From: an uncultured Gemmatimonadales bacterium | Lineage (GTDB): Bacteria; Gemmatimonadota; Gemmatimonadetes; Gemmatimonadales; GWC2-71-9 | DNA: 64,000 nucleotides | Direction of reading: 5' to 3' | Assembly: GCA_963844035.1 (NCBI GenBank) | Contig: CAWJMT010000027.1 | Span: 49,173-113,172 of the forward strand | Part shown: one piece after another, positions 1-14,037 of the stretch | How positions within the stretch are numbered: the first letter of the stretch is position 1 | How the letters are laid out: each line of letters begins with the position of its first letter | Position numbers and translations under genes: made by a program | The notes under the pieces: generated by a model | What the model saw: the letters and a program-made list of their open reading frames with translations, nothing else | What the model was told of the DNA's origin: nothing | The model's database searches: none

Positions 1-51
1 ATCCTCGACTCGGTCTACCAGGTGAAGACCGCCGCGCCAGCGCGTCACTGA
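1..51 (+). CDS. 3' end of upstream gene (partial)
   Basis: Open frame ILDSVYQVKTAAPARH then TGA overlapping the next ATG (TGATG). Confidence 0.5.
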   Translation: MLDSVYQVKTAAPARH

Positions 52-1368
52 TGGCCCGCCCTTCCATCTTGTACCGCCTCAGCGTCCGGCTGGCCGGCAA
101 GGCAGCCCCGTTCGCGGCGCGCTTCGACAAGAAGCTCGCCCGCGGTCTGGACGCGCGGCGTGGTCTGGTGGACCGCTTCGAGGCCTGGGCGAAGGACCAT
201 CGCGATCACAAACGGCCGCTCGTGTGGGTCCACGCGCCATCAGTCGGGGAAGGCCTGCAGGCGAAGCCCGTGCTCGAAGCGTTGCGGGTGGCGCAGCCCC
301 ACTGGCAGCTCGCCTACACGTTTTTCTCGCCGTCCGCGGAACGGCTGGCCCGGACGCTCCCCGCCGACGTCACCGACTATCTGCCCATCGACCGCCCGCA
401 CGACGTGAAAGCCGTGCTCGCGGCGTTGCAGCCGACCGCGCTCGTGTTCTCGAAGCTCGACGTGTGGCCGGAGTTGACGCTCGCCGCGGCGCGCCGCGGG
501 GCAAAGCTGGGACTCATCTCCGCCACCGTCGCACCCGCAAGCTCACGGCTGCGCTGGCCCGCCCGCGGATGGGGACTCCCCGCCTATCGCGCCATCGACC
601 GGATCGGAGCGATCAGCGAGGAGGATGCGCGGCGGTTGGAGCAGCTCGGGGCCAGGCGCGAGGTCATCGTGGTGACGGGCGACACGCGCTACGACAGCGT
701 CGCGGAGCGGGCCGAGCGGTTCGACCGCACGCGGGAGCCGTTTCTTCGCCTCAGCACGGTGGGCGACAAAGTGTTCACGATCGTGGCCGGGTCCACCTGG
801 CCGGGCGATGAAGAGGTGGTGCTGGCCGCGTTCGCCGATCTGCGCGCGCAAGTGCCCGCGGCCCGGCTGATCCTCGCGCCGCACGAGCCAAACCCCGATC
901 ACCTGGCCGGCATAACGCTCCGCACCCAGGCGCTCGGGCTCCCGCGGCCCGTGCGTCTCTCGCAACTGGAGCACGCGCGGCCCTCCCCGGTCATCGTGGT
1001 GGACCGCGTCGGCACGCTGGCGGACCTCTACGCGCTCGCGGACGTCGCGTTCGTCGGGGGAGGGTTCCACCGGGCGGGGTTGCACTCGGTGCTCGAGCCC
1101 GCGGTGTTCGGAGTTCCGGTCGTGGTGGGGCCGCATTGGCAGATGAGCCGGGACGCCCACCTCTTGATCGAGCGCGGCGGCGCGGTGGCGCTCCCGGCGG
1201 ATGGACGCCAGCCCCTGCACTCGCAATCGCTCGTCTGGTTTCACGATCCGGCGGCACGCCGCAAAGCGGGCGCGGTGGGACAGCAGGTGGTGCGGGAGGG
1301 GCGCGGCGCGGCGGAGCGAACCACCGCGCTGGTACTCGCGATGGTGCGGGACGCGGTGCGAGCGCTAA
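51..1368 (+). CDS. waaA: 3-deoxy-D-manno-octulosonic acid (Kdo) transferase
   Basis: VWVHAPSVGE, DYLPID, GDTRYD, VAGSTW, HSVLEPAVFGVPV motifs. The ORF runs to 1649 over a convergent gene, so the true end is probably near 1368. Confidence 0.88.
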
Positions 1369-1766
1369 GGCGTTTCGGGCGGCGCGACTGGCGCCGGCGC
1401 TTCCTTTCCGACCACCACACCCTCGTAGGTCACCGAGCGGGGCGCGACGAGTCCCGCGGTAATCACGGTGAAAAACACGTCGCTGAAGCGACTGCGGACG
1501 TGGATCTTCAGGCTCGCGATGGACGCGTTCTTGCCGAGCTGGCCCGCCAGCAGATCTTCTATGTTGGCACCGCCCATGGAGAACATGCCCCAGATCAGAT
1601 ACACCGGATGTCGGGTGATCTTGAACTGGTTCCCGGCCGGCTGGGGTAAGATGGGCTCCGCCATGGTGGCGGTGACGCCGAGGTGCGACGCATCAAATTT
1701 GGAAGCGCAGCCGCTCGGCGACAGCGCCAGCGCGACGAGGGTCGCGCCTGCAAGAATGCGTTTCAC
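1365..1766 (-). CDS. Bor/Iss-like small lipoprotein
   Basis: Signal with SGC lipobox; C-terminal DVFFTVITAGLVAPRSV resembles the Bor family. Confidence 0.55.
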   Translation of the reverse strand: MKRILAGATLVALALSPSGCASKFDASHLGVTATMAEPILPQPAGNQFKITRHPVYLIWGMFSMGGANIEDLLAGQLGKNASIASLKIHVRSRFSDVFFTVITAGLVAPRSVTYEGVVVGKEAPAPVAPPETP

Positions 1767-1846
1767 ACGGCTCCTGGGGAGACGAATGGGCGCGCTGGGA
1801 GCAGCGCGCACCAAAGGTAGTCGCTGAATATGCCCTTGTGAACCCG

Positions 1847-2485
1847 TCAGAGACCGAACGCCGGCCGGAACGAGAGGTGTGCGCCGATGCCGAACGTAGT
1901 GGTATGTCCCCCGCCCTCCAGGTTCTCATAGTCCATCGCCGCGTGGATCCCCAGCATGCCGAACCCGACGGTCAGACCGCCGGCCACGCCGAACTGCGTG
2001 CTCGTTGAGGCAGCGTTCGTCACGCGGACGCCGGGGGCGATCCACGGCTCGAGGCTCACGCCGGGTGCCGGAAGGTCGACCGCGAACCCCACTGCGCCGG
2101 TCCAGCGCGTCGTCGTGACGCTCGCCACACTGTAGGACGCGAACCCGCCCTGCAGGTTCATGGACACGGGCATCAACGACCCGCCGATCAGCCGCAGGGC
2201 CCCGGTGCCGCCCCACTCAGTGACGCTGCCCGAGGCTCCGTCCGCGTCCCGCGTGCCTACCGTCGCACTGACCGTCAGCACGCTCATCCCGAACACCACG
2301 CGCCCCGCGTACGTGGAGCCACCCCCGCCGCTCGAATCGGGCGAGCCGTAGTCCGCGGCGAATGTGAGTCCAGTTCCGCTGCGCGGACTATTCCACACGG
2401 GCATGCCGGCGAGCTGGGCGGCCGCACGCCCCGGTGCGGCGAGTGCGGCCCCAGCAACGCAGACCAACAGAAGAGCGCGCTTCAT
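1847..2485 (-). CDS. Outer-membrane beta-barrel protein
   Basis: Signal peptide MKRALLLVCVAGAALAA, amphipathic Gly/aromatic beta strands, GGAGG-type RBS. Confidence 0.65.
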   Translation of the reverse strand: MKRALLLVCVAGAALAAPGRAAAQLAGMPVWNSPRSGTGLTFAADYGSPDSSGGGGSTYAGRVVFGMSVLTVSATVGTRDADGASGSVTEWGGTGALRLIGGSLMPVSMNLQGGFASYSVASVTTTRWTGAVGFAVDLPAPGVSLEPWIAPGVRVTNAASTSTQFGVAGGLTVGFGMLGIHAAMDYENLEGGGHTTTFGIGAHLSFRPAFGL

Positions 2486-2522
2486 GAATCGTCCTCCACC
2501 TGCGAGAAGGTATCCAGCGTGC

Positions 2523-3128
2523 CTAGCGCAGCCAGACGGCGCCGAGCGACACGCCGTCGAAATCACCGATGCCGGCGCTGATCCGTAGGTCGAACCTGCG
2601 ACTCAACCTCAAGTCAACGCCGAGCCCCAAGGTAAACTGGACGTCCGTACCAGCGTCGTTAAAGACGAGCCAGGTGGTCGGCTGCACGTACGGTACGATA
2701 ACCATTGAGGAGTCCTTCGGCTGCACCCGGCGGCCGAGGGACAGGCCCAACGGAACAGTTACCACCCAAGTGTCACCGAAGTTGGTACCGACGCCGACCG
2801 TGATCGCCCCGTCCAACGGAAAGTCCTCCGTCTGCTTGATCACGCGCTGGCGCGCTTCGACACCCAGGAGTCCGATCGCGTCGGCGCTGTCTCCCGGCGA
2901 ATACATGCCCCCGCGCAGGCCCAGGTCGAAGTTACCGCGCGCGCGGCGGTACACGCCTTCGAACGCGACGCCGTTGCCGTTCGGAAAGCTCACGACGGCG
3001 CCGATCTCCGATTTCGTGAACGCCCGGTACGGCGCGCTGAACGACGGCGTGCTCGTCGACTGTGCGCTCAGCGGGGCGATGAGACCAAGAGCGAGCCCGG
3101 CGATCAGCAACGTCTTCTGGTGCCGCAT
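2523..3128 (-). CDS. Outer-membrane beta-barrel protein
   Basis: Signal peptide, alternating beta strands, terminal GVSLGAVWLR. Confidence 0.65.
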   Translation of the reverse strand: MRHQKTLLIAGLALGLIAPLSAQSTSTPSFSAPYRAFTKSEIGAVVSFPNGNGVAFEGVYRRARGNFDLGLRGGMYSPGDSADAIGLLGVEARQRVIKQTEDFPLDGAITVGVGTNFGDTWVVTVPLGLSLGRRVQPKDSSMVIVPYVQPTTWLVFNDAGTDVQFTLGLGVDLRLSRRFDLRISAGIGDFDGVSLGAVWLR

Positions 3129-3229
3129 GGTACCGTCCTCAGTTGGTTATGGGGAAGATGCTGAGACAAGTACCCGAGGGTCGCGGTGGCGTTCCCTCAC
3201 AGGGTCGGACGCAACGCTTGGATTCGACA

Positions 3230-3345
3230 TCAGTGCCAGAACGACAAACCGATCCTCGTGCCGAGGGTCACGTTGCTTGGGTGGCCGCCCCCCCCGAACA
3301 TGTAGCCGAGGAAGCCCTCGAACCGCGCCGCCGAGGAGCCGAACT
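3230..3345 (-). pseudogene. C-terminal remnant of a paralog of the 3495-4076 barrel gene
   Basis: FGSSAARFEGFLGYMF...LGTRIGLSFWH versus FGSAATRIEAFLGYAF...LGTRIGLSFWR. Confidence 0.7.
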
Positions 3346-3494
3346 CGTCCTCCTGGTGTGTGCGAGCTGACCCAACTACCCGAATGGTCAGCGACGCGTT
3401 CCCAGTGAGGACCGGACGCAACACGGCCCGCCCACAGAGTGGACGGGCCGCGTGATGAGGTGTGACATCGCTCACGCCGTATTGGCCCAAACGA

Positions 3495-4076
3495 TCAACG
3501 CCAGAATGACAAGCCGATGCGAGTCCCGAGAGAGAAACTGCTCGGCAAAGCGTCGCTCTCGAACGCATAGCCAAGGAAGGCCTCGATACGTGTGGCCGCA
3601 CTGCCGAACGGTATGCGCTTCCCCACGCCGGCACCGAGCGAGAATTGCGACCCGCTCCCGCCGCCGAGATCATAGAACGACATGCCCACGCCGCCCGTGA
3701 TGTACGGCGCGCGCACCAGCTTGTACGGCCCGCTGCCGGCCTTCAGGCGATACAGCACATTGAGGCCGGGCGTGACCGTGTAGGTGGTGGCGCCGATCGT
3801 GGTGAGCAAGAAGCTGAGACGTGGCTCCCACATCAGCTTCTTGTGGGTGAGGAAGCCCATGCGAACGTCCACGGGCAGGCCCATGTTGATGCCGCCATCC
3901 ACGTCCGACGGCTTGGTGTATGAGGCCGCAAAATCGCCCCCCAACTCGTAGCGGGGACTGGATGTCGTGCTGGCCGTGGTCTTCGTGTTGGCTGGGGTCT
4001 TCTTCTGCGCCGACGCGGGCGCGGACGACATGGCGAGACACCCAACCAACAACGCACAGCCGAGGAGCTTGACCAT
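3495..4076 (-). CDS. Outer-membrane beta-barrel protein
   Basis: AAGGAGG RBS, signal peptide, APYITGGVG, C-terminal GLSFWR. Confidence 0.7.
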   Translation of the reverse strand: MVKLLGCALLVGCLAMSSAPASAQKKTPANTKTTASTTSSPRYELGGDFAASYTKPSDVDGGINMGLPVDVRMGFLTHKKLMWEPRLSFLLTTIGATTYTVTPGLNVLYRLKAGSGPYKLVRAPYITGGVGMSFYDLGGGSGSQFSLGAGVGKRIPFGSAATRIEAFLGYAFESDALPSSFSLGTRIGLSFWR

Positions 4077-4323
4077 AACGGTTCCTCCTTGGATGAGTAC
4101 GTGTGCTGGTGATCCCTAGGGCGCCTCAATAAGCGCCCTACCTCTAAGACACGGCCTTCGTTCTGTCAAGTGTTTTCCACACACACGACCACACCACGCA
4201 CGGTTACACCGTGCCCCGAAAGAGGCCGGACGCAAGACGGCCCGTCCATAGTGTGGACGGGCCGTATCAGGCCGATGTGATCCTTCTCACGATGACGTGG
4301 GCCGCGGGTCTCGTTCCGACCGG

Positions 4324-4572
4324 TCAGGTGGTTTCGGCGTGATCGGCCACTACACGCACGGTGTTGTCCGCCACCTGCAGGAATCCACCTGCAATCTTGA
4401 ACGCGCTGGTGGCGCCGGCGTGACGCACCCGCAGCACGCCCTCGCCGAGCAGCGTCAGGAACGGCGCGTGGCGGTTCAGGATACCGACCAGTCCGTCGTA
4501 CGCGGGCGCGACCACGGATTCGGCCTCGCCGTCGAAGACGGCCCGCTCGGGAGAGATCACTTTGACGTGCAC
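4324..4572 (-). CDS. atpC: ATP synthase epsilon subunit (short form)
   Basis: VISPE, GILNRHAP, GGFLQV; follows atpD. Confidence 0.92.
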   Translation of the reverse strand: MHVKVISPERAVFDGEAESVVAPAYDGLVGILNRHAPFLTLLGEGVLRVRHAGATSAFKIAGGFLQVADNTVRVVADHAETT

Positions 4573-4577
4573 GCGGA

Positions 4578-6047
<1,470 letters not shown>

Positions 6048-6133
6048 TCAGGTATCAGGTATCAGGTGTCAGGTGTCAGAGCCGGTGTCTGCGTCAGGGA
6101 GACCCTGACACCTGACACCTGGCACCCGACACC
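6048..6133. repeat. Inverted heptamer tandem repeats (TCAGGTG)n ... (CCTGACA)n
   Basis: Visible in the atpG-atpD spacer; can fold into a hairpin. Confidence 0.85.
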
Positions 6134-7021
6134 TATCCGTTCTGTGCTTCCGCGCCGCCGACGATCTCGGCGATCTCCTGCGTGATCTGCGCCTGACGGG
6201 CCCGGTTGTAGGTCCGCTTCAGAGATGTCGAGAATGTCGCCCGCATTGTCGGTCGCATTCTTCATCGCCGTGCGGCGCGCGCCGTGCTCGGCCGCCGCCG
6301 TTTCCACCAGCGCGCGGAAGATCTGGTTCCGCACGTACAGCGGCAGCAGGCGCTCGAGAATCGCCTCAGCCGACGGCTTGAGGATGTAGAACGGCATTTT
6401 CTGCGCGCCCTTCCGCGCTCCCGCCTTCGGCGGGGCGTCACCGGCAGGATCCGCACCACCGTCGCCGGCGTGGACATCGCGCTGTTGAATTTCGCGAACA
6501 CCACGTCGACCGCGTCCAGCTTCCCTTTCTCAAACTGCTCGCATCAGCGGGCCGACCAGCTCCACCGCATGCTCGGCCGTCGGCCGGTCCCCGATGTCGG
6601 TGCGCTGCACCGCCGCCGTCCGCCCCGCGAACCGGAAATAGGCGATCCCCTTCTTCCCCACGAGGTGCAACTCGACGGTCGCGCCGTCAGCCTCGAGCTG
6701 CTCCACGCCGCTGGCGCCCCTCGCGAATCAGGTTCGCGTTGAACGCACCCGCCAGGCCGCGGTTCGACGTGATGACCACGAGCGCCACCCGCTTCACGCC
6801 GCCCGGGCCGGGCTGCCGCAGCAGCGGGAACCGCTCCGCGAGCTCCGGCGAATAGAGATCGGCGATCACGTCGGCCAGCGCCGCCGCGTACGGCCGCGCG
6901 CCCACCACCCGCTCCTGCGCGCGCTTCAGCCGCGACGTGGCGACCATCTCCATCGTCTTGGTGATCTGGCGGATGCTGCGAACCGACTTGATCCGCTGGC
7001 GCAGGCCGCGCGTCTCCGCCA

Positions 7022-7022
<1 letters not shown>
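6133..7022 (-). CDS. atpG: ATP synthase gamma subunit (several frameshifts)
   Basis: QITKTMEMVA, ITSNRGLAGAFN, ARRTAMKNATDNA and YNRARQAQITQEIAEIVGGA found in different frames. Confidence 0.95.
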
Positions 7023-8562
<1,540 letters not shown>

Positions 8563-8622
8563 GGATTTGGGGTTCGAGAGATTGTGAAAAATATCACATG
8601 CCCGGCATACCGCAACTACGAA

Positions 8623-8695
8623 CGGCTAGACGGTTAGGCGGTTAGCCGGTTAGGGGGCTCGACGGCATCTAACCGCCTAACCGCCTAGCTCCTAG
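8623..8695. repeat. Inverted octamer tandem repeats (GGCGGTTA)n ... (TAACCGCC)n
   Basis: Visible upstream of atpA. Confidence 0.75.
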
Positions 8696-9437
8696 AACGC
8701 GTCTTTCCTCTTATGAACCGCTGCAACACGCCCCGGGGCCCCAGCTCGCGCAACTCCTGCGGGCTCACCCCGGCCACCCGGCGGGCCGTCCCGGCCAGGT
8801 GGCTGGGGGACGCATACCCAGAATGCGGGACACCGTCGCGACGTTGTAGCCTGGTTGCCGAGCAGGTCGGCCGCGCAGGCGGAGCGCGCCAGGTCGATCA
8901 CGCGCTTCAGGTTGGGCGCGCCCCCCGACCGCGAATTCCCGCGACAGATGCTCACGCGTAACGCGTAACGCCTGCGCGATGTGGGCCGTCGTGATCGGCG
9001 CGCGTCACGCGACGCTGGACCTCGTCCCACGCGCCGAGCTGCAGCGGGTCGGTCAGGCGCAGCAGCTTGGGGGCGTCGGCGAGCGCCTGGCGCCGCGCCA
9101 CCTGCGCCGTCCGCGCCGCGACCCACTCGCCCGACGAGGGCGTGTCCACCCCCTCGACCAGGATGCCGGCGAACCCCGCCCGATGGCACCGGGCGATGAG
9201 CGCTCCGTCGTCCGGCCGGAACGCCGACAGGGCGTACATGGGGATGCGCGGGAACCGGGCGGGCAGGCTCAGCCCCGCGTCCGGCACCGCCTTCACGTCG
9301 AGCACGACCGCATCCACCACGCGATGGGCCAGCAGGCGCTCCACGGCGGCGAGGGTGCGGCACAGGCGGACGCTCCCGGCGCCGCGCGGGTAGCCCCGCT
9401 GCACTGCCCGCCGCGTCTCGCGGCGCGGATGAAACAC
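8685..9437 (-). CDS. AraC-family HTH transcriptional regulator (frameshifted)
   Basis: Stitched frames give IAQALRVTREHLSREF and ATVSRILGYASPSHL, matching the two AraC HTH motifs. Confidence 0.65.
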
Positions 9438-9448
9438 CGGAATGACGG

Positions 9449-9907
9449 TCAGCCGGCCTCGTCCGGCGCCAGTGCGTGCACCATGTCCGCTGCGCGCTCC
9501 AGCACGCTGCGCGCGTTGTCGTACGAGATCGTATCGACGGACCCCGCGAGCGAATGCCAGCTACAGTCGGTGATCCCCTCCTCGGCCTGGGGCACCGGCT
9601 CGCCGTGCTTCGATTCGAACAGGAAGAAATGGCAGTACTTGTGAATCGTCTTGCCGCGAAACCGAAAATACCAGTCGATCACCTGGATCGGCCCGTGCAG
9701 GGTCAGGTCCCCGAGGCCGGTCTCCTCGACCACCTCGCGGCGCGCGGCATCGGCGGGCGGCTCCCCCGGCTCGAGGTGCCCCTTGGGGAGCCCCCAGTTC
9801 CGGTAGGAATCGCGAATCAGCAGAAACCGCACGTCGTCCCCCTCGCGCCGGAACACGACTCCCCCGGCGCTCGTCTCCCGCTCAGCCCGTCGCTGCCGCT
9901 GTGCCAT
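9449..9907 (-). CDS. NUDIX hydrolase (Ap4A hydrolase-like)
   Basis: SAGGVV, WGLPKGHLEPGE...AARREVVEETG Nudix box. Confidence 0.9.
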   Translation of the reverse strand: MAQRQRRAERETSAGGVVFRREGDDVRFLLIRDSYRNWGLPKGHLEPGEPPADAARREVVEETGLGDLTLHGPIQVIDWYFRFRGKTIHKYCHFFLFESKHGEPVPQAEEGITDCSWHSLAGSVDTISYDNARSVLERAADMVHALAPDEAG

Positions 9908-9909
9908 GC

Positions 9910-10917
9910 CTAGAACACGCTGAAGCTGAAGTACTTGCGCGGATTGGCCTGAATGTCCGACAGCAGCTGCCGCAGCTGGATCATCGTCAACGCCGTCTCG
10001 CGGTACAGCGTCGAATCGGATACCAGCAGCCCCAGCGTTCCGGTGCGGTTCACGATGCGCGACATCACGGTGTCGGCCGACGTGAGCACCCGCACCAGAC
10101 TCTCCTGATTCTTGTGGGCCGCTTCCATGAATTCCCGCAGGTTCTGCGAGGCGCTGCGGAGGTCCTGGCTTGACGCCGCGGAGTTGTTGAGAATCGTCGC
10201 GAGCTGGCCCTGGTTGGTGGCCGAGTCGACTCGCCCGAGCGTGTTGGACAGATCGGTCGCAGCGCGCGCCAGCAGGTTGGACCCCTGGCGCAGGTTGGAC
10301 CCCACCGACCCGAGCATTTCCGCCTGTTCGTTGGTGACGCGGAGCAGGCGGTCGGAGACCTGCCCGAAGTCGCTGATCGCGCCCCGCAGATCCATCACTG
10401 CCTGGGAGTCGAACGCCGTCTGCACGCGATTGGCGACGGCGGCGATGTCGGTCGCGATGCGGCTCGCCTGCGCCGTCAGCTGCCCGATGTCGGGGAGCGT
10501 CGCGCCCGGCCACTTGCTCCCCGCGCCTGCGGACGCTTCCGCGATCGCCTGGCGCACGTTCGGGTCGTCGGGCAGCTGCTCCAGGGGGATCAGGGTCGCG
10601 GCCCACTCGCCGAACAGCGACGCGGAGGCGGCGATGACGACCGGTTTGGCGGGCAGCGTGACGCCGCTGTAGATCTTCATGTCCGCCTCGACCCAGTCAC
10701 CCGCGGTCAGCCGGATCGCCTCCACGCGCCCCACCCGCACGCCCCGCAGCACCACCGGCGCCCCGGCGCCGAGCCCACCCATCGTGCGAAACCGGGCCGT
10801 GTAGACGGCCTCAGTCTTGCCGATGTGGGCCCCGGAGAGCCACAGGGCGCCCGCCACGATGACCGCGAACGCGACGATCACCACCACGCCGACTGTGAAC
10901 TCGTTTTCGCGTTTCAT
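9910..10917 (-). CDS. mlaD: MlaD/MCE family protein
   Basis: N-terminal TM, GLGAGAPVVLRGVRVGRV, C-terminal DIQANPRKY. Confidence 0.88.
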   Translation of the reverse strand: MKRENEFTVGVVVIVAFAVIVAGALWLSGAHIGKTEAVYTARFRTMGGLGAGAPVVLRGVRVGRVEAIRLTAGDWVEADMKIYSGVTLPAKPVVIAASASLFGEWAATLIPLEQLPDDPNVRQAIAEASAGAGSKWPGATLPDIGQLTAQASRIATDIAAVANRVQTAFDSQAVMDLRGAISDFGQVSDRLLRVTNEQAEMLGSVGSNLRQGSNLLARAATDLSNTLGRVDSATNQGQLATILNNSAASSQDLRSASQNLREFMEAAHKNQESLVRVLTSADTVMSRIVNRTGTLGLLVSDSTLYRETALTMIQLRQLLSDIQANPRKYFSFSVF

Positions 10918-11642
10918 GGCGCACGTCCCTCGATGAACTGCCGGACGACCGGGTCTCGCGTCGCCTGCACTTCTGCTACGGTGCCGACCTGCCGGATCCG
11001 GCCCTCGTACAGCATGGCGATCCGGTCCCCGACCGTGTAGGCGCTGCGCATGTCGTGGGTCACCACCACGCCGGTGACGCCAAGGCGCTCGCGGGTCCGC
11101 ACGATCAACCGGTCGATCACGGCCGACGTCACCGGGTCCAATCCGGTCGTGGGCTCGTCATACAGGATATAGCGCGGCCGTATGGCGATGGCGCGCGCGA
11201 TCCCGACCCGTTTTCGCATCCCCCCGGACAGCTCGGCGGGATACTGCTCACCCGCCCCCGTGAGGTCAACCATGGCCAGCGCCTCCTCCACCCGCTCGTC
11301 GATCTCCTCGTCGGTCAGACGCCGCTGGCGCAGCCCCAGGGCCACGTTGTCGGCCACCGTCATCGAATCGAACAGCGCGGCGAACTGGAACACATAGCCG
11401 ATGTCGCGGCGCAGCGTCGTTCAAGGCGGCCCGCTCGAGGGTCGACACCGACACGACCGTCTACCGACAACATCTCCCTCGTCGGGCTCGAGCAGGCCCA
11501 CGATATGCTTCAGCGCAACGCTCTTCCCGGTCCCGGAGTAACCGATGATCACCATCGTCTCGCCGTCCTGCACCTCGAGCGAGAGGCCCGCGAGCACCGG
11601 CTTGCCGCCGAACGCCTTGGAGAGGCCGCGAAATTCGATCAC
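10914..11642 (-). CDS. mlaF: MlaF-type ABC ATPase (frameshifted)
   Basis: GYSGTGKS, LSGGMRKRVGIARA, YDEPTTGLDP. Confidence 0.9.
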
Positions 11643-12405
11643 CGCAGCAGCGTGGCCGCCCAGAAGGCGTCGAGCGTCAGAATCAGGACCGCCGAGTACA
11701 CCTGGGCGCGGGTGCTGCTGCGGCCCACGCCCTCGGCGCCACCGCGCGTCGACAGCCCCATCACGCAGCCGACCATGGTGATCGCGAACCCGAAGGTCGC
11801 ACTCTTGAGCAGGCCGAACCAGGTGTCTTTGAACACGTAGAACAGCTTCAGCCCCTTCACGAACTCGGGCGTGGAGAGGTGGAGGAACGCCAGGCTCGTC
11901 ATCCATCCCGTGATAATGCCGATCCACGATGGCGAGTGCAACCACGAGCGGAAACATCGCCGTCCCGGCGAGCACGCGCGGCACAACCAGAAAGCTCTGC
12001 GGGTCGTATGCCAGGGTCTCGAGTGCGTCCACTTGCTCGGTGACCTTCATCGTCCCGAGTTCGGCGGCCATGCTCGCTCCCACGCGCCCGGCGAGCGCCA
12101 AGCCCACCAGCATCGGGCCCAGCTCGAGCATCATGCTCTTGCCGACGAGCGTCCCAACGAGATACAGCGGGAACGGTACCGTTGAAGGTGTAGGAGGCCT
12201 GCAGCGCGAGGATGACGCCGGTGAACGCGGCGATGAACAGCGCGACCGGAAGCGAGTCCACGCCGATGCGGCGCATCTGCACGAAGAGCAGACGACCCCA
12301 CGTGGCGACATCCGGCACGGCGCGCGCCATGTCGGCCATGAAATGACCCCAGCGACCGGCATCCTCGACGAGGTTGACGGCCTTGCGGCCGATACGCTCG
12401 ATCAC
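11639..12405 (-). CDS. mlaE: MlaE-type ABC permease (frameshifted)
   Basis: IGVDSLP, ELGP, AAELGTMKVTEQVDAL, GGAEGVGRS. Confidence 0.9.
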
Positions 12406-12535
12406 GGGGGTTAAGCTAACGTCGCTAAGTACGCTAAGACGTAGCGACGCTATGTCGCAAGAAAAAGACGAGGTGGCCGGGACCTGCACCGACCATCCTG
12501 GCAACCTGCAACTTACCGTCGTAGCGCTTAGCGTC

Positions 12536-13522
12536 TTACGCTGCAAAACTCGCCAGCGCCTTCCCCACATCGCCATCCCGCAGGCGCTTGAGCGCGCGAT
12601 CCCGCAGCTGCCGCACGCGCTCACGCGTTACGCCGAGCATGCCGCCGATTTCCTCGAGCGTGTGCTCGCGGCCGCCGTCCAGGCCGAAGTAGAGGCGCAA
12701 CACCTTGGCATCGCGCCGCTGCAGCGTGTTCAGCGCCGACTCGACCTCGTCGGACAGGAACCGGTCCATCGCCTGGTCTTCCGTATCCGGGAGGTCCTCG
12801 GCGATGAAGCGCTCGATCAGCGACCGGTCGCCGTCCGGATCGAGCGGGGCGTCCAGCCGCACGTCGCCCGTGTTGAGGGCCGCGAGCGACTGCACCACCT
12901 CGAGCGACAACTTGGTGGCATCGGCGATCTCTTCCGGCGTGGGCTCGCGCCGCATCGTCTGCCGCAGGTACTCGGCCGTCCGCACGATGCGCGACAGGTC
13001 GGCGGTGCGGTTGAGGGGTACGCGCACCGTTCGGCCCTGACGCGCCAGCGCCGCCAGGATCGCCTGACGGATCCACCACACAGCGTAGGAGATGAACTTC
13101 ACGCCCTGATCGGGATCGAACTTCCGCGCCGCCGTGAGCAGTCCCACGTTCCCCTCGCCGATCAGATCGGTGAGCGGGAGGCCGCGGTTCTGGTATTTCT
13201 TGGCGACCGAAATGACGAAGCGCAGGTTGCGCTTCACCAGCTCCTGCATCGCCTCCTGATCGCCGGCGCGCACCTTCCGCGCGAGCGCGATCTCCTCCTT
13301 CTGCGTGAGCAGAGGGGTCTTGGAGACTTCGTGCAGGTACTGGTCGAGAATGTCGCGCTCGTGTTCGTGGTGGCCCAGACCGGACATCAGGCCGCGCCGG
13401 CGACCGCGCTTTCTGCCAGGCTTGGGCTTAGCCGCGGGCGCCGCCGGTGGTACGACGGTCGCCGCTCGGGGCTTCGCCCGGGAGGCAGGGGCAGTCTTGG
13501 TGCGGCGGGTGGCCTTGGGCAT
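12536..13522 (-). CDS. Sigma-70 family sigma factor (RpoD/RpoS-like, lacks region 1.1)
   Basis: NLRFVISVAKKY, KFISYAVWWIRQAI, TLEEIG, VTRERVRQ. Confidence 0.93.
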   Translation of the reverse strand: MPKATRRTKTAPASRAKPRAATVVPPAAPAAKPKPGRKRGRRRGLMSGLGHHEHERDILDQYLHEVSKTPLLTQKEEIALARKVRAGDQEAMQELVKRNLRFVISVAKKYQNRGLPLTDLIGEGNVGLLTAARKFDPDQGVKFISYAVWWIRQAILAALARQGRTVRVPLNRTADLSRIVRTAEYLRQTMRREPTPEEIADATKLSLEVVQSLAALNTGDVRLDAPLDPDGDRSLIERFIAEDLPDTEDQAMDRFLSDEVESALNTLQRRDAKVLRLYFGLDGGREHTLEEIGGMLGVTRERVRQLRDRALKRLRDGDVGKALASFAA

Positions 13523-13604
13523 GTCCCTCTTATCTGGTCTGGCGTGAGAATTCCCCCCTGATACCACCGACGGGGGTAAAAGTTCATCGCGAGCGGAAAA
13601 TCGC

Positions 13605-13633
13605 TTGACACTGCTACAACGCCCCGATATGAT
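13605..13633 (+). promoter_or_regulatory. Sigma-70 promoter of the tRNA operon
   Basis: TTGACA-N17-TATGAT, 46 nt upstream of tRNA-Ala. Confidence 0.8.
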
Positions 13634-13679
13634 GCCGTGTTCCAGTCGGATAGGCATCCGAGGGGGCGGCTAATATAAC

Positions 13680-13752
13680 GGGGGCGTAGCTCAGTTGGGA
13701 GAGCGCGTGAATGGCATTCACGAGGTCAGGGGTTCGATCCCCCTCGCCTCCA
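13680..13752 (+). tRNA. tRNA-Ala(GGC)
   Basis: Cloverleaf, G3:U70, anticodon loop ATGGCAT. Confidence 0.95.
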
Positions 13753-13841
13753 TTGGGGGGCGGGCCGGGTGAAGTCGCAAAATGGGCCGGGCCGGGCTGT
13801 GGTAGATAGAACCCCACGGAGCCGTTACATTTGCGACGCAC

Positions 13842-13914
13842 GCGGGAATAGCTCAGTTGGTAGAGCACAACCTTGCCAAGGTTGGGGTCGCGGGTTCGAG
13901 TCCCGTTTCCCGCT
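13842..13914 (+). tRNA. tRNA-Gly(GCC)
   Basis: GCGGGAATAGCTCAG..., loop TTGCCAA, U73. Confidence 0.97.
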
Positions 13915-13920
13915 CTGAGA

Positions 13921-14031
13921 GGCGGTTAGACGGGTGGTAGGCTGACGGTTAGGCGGTTAGACGGTTAGGAACGACGGGCGAAGGCGTGGGTCTCTCTAAC
14001 CGCCTAACCGTCCAATCCCTAACCGACTAAT
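13921..14031. repeat. Inverted octamer repeats (GGCGGTTA / TAACCGCC)
   Basis: Spacer between tRNA-Gly and tRNA-fMet; same family as 8623-8695. Confidence 0.75.
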
Positions 14032-14037
14032 AGGCGA

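Noticed and set aside
3230..3620. DGR template/variable repeat pair, with the Avd-like gene at 55.4 kb
   Set aside because: Differences are not adenine-specific, and no reverse transcriptase is in the window.
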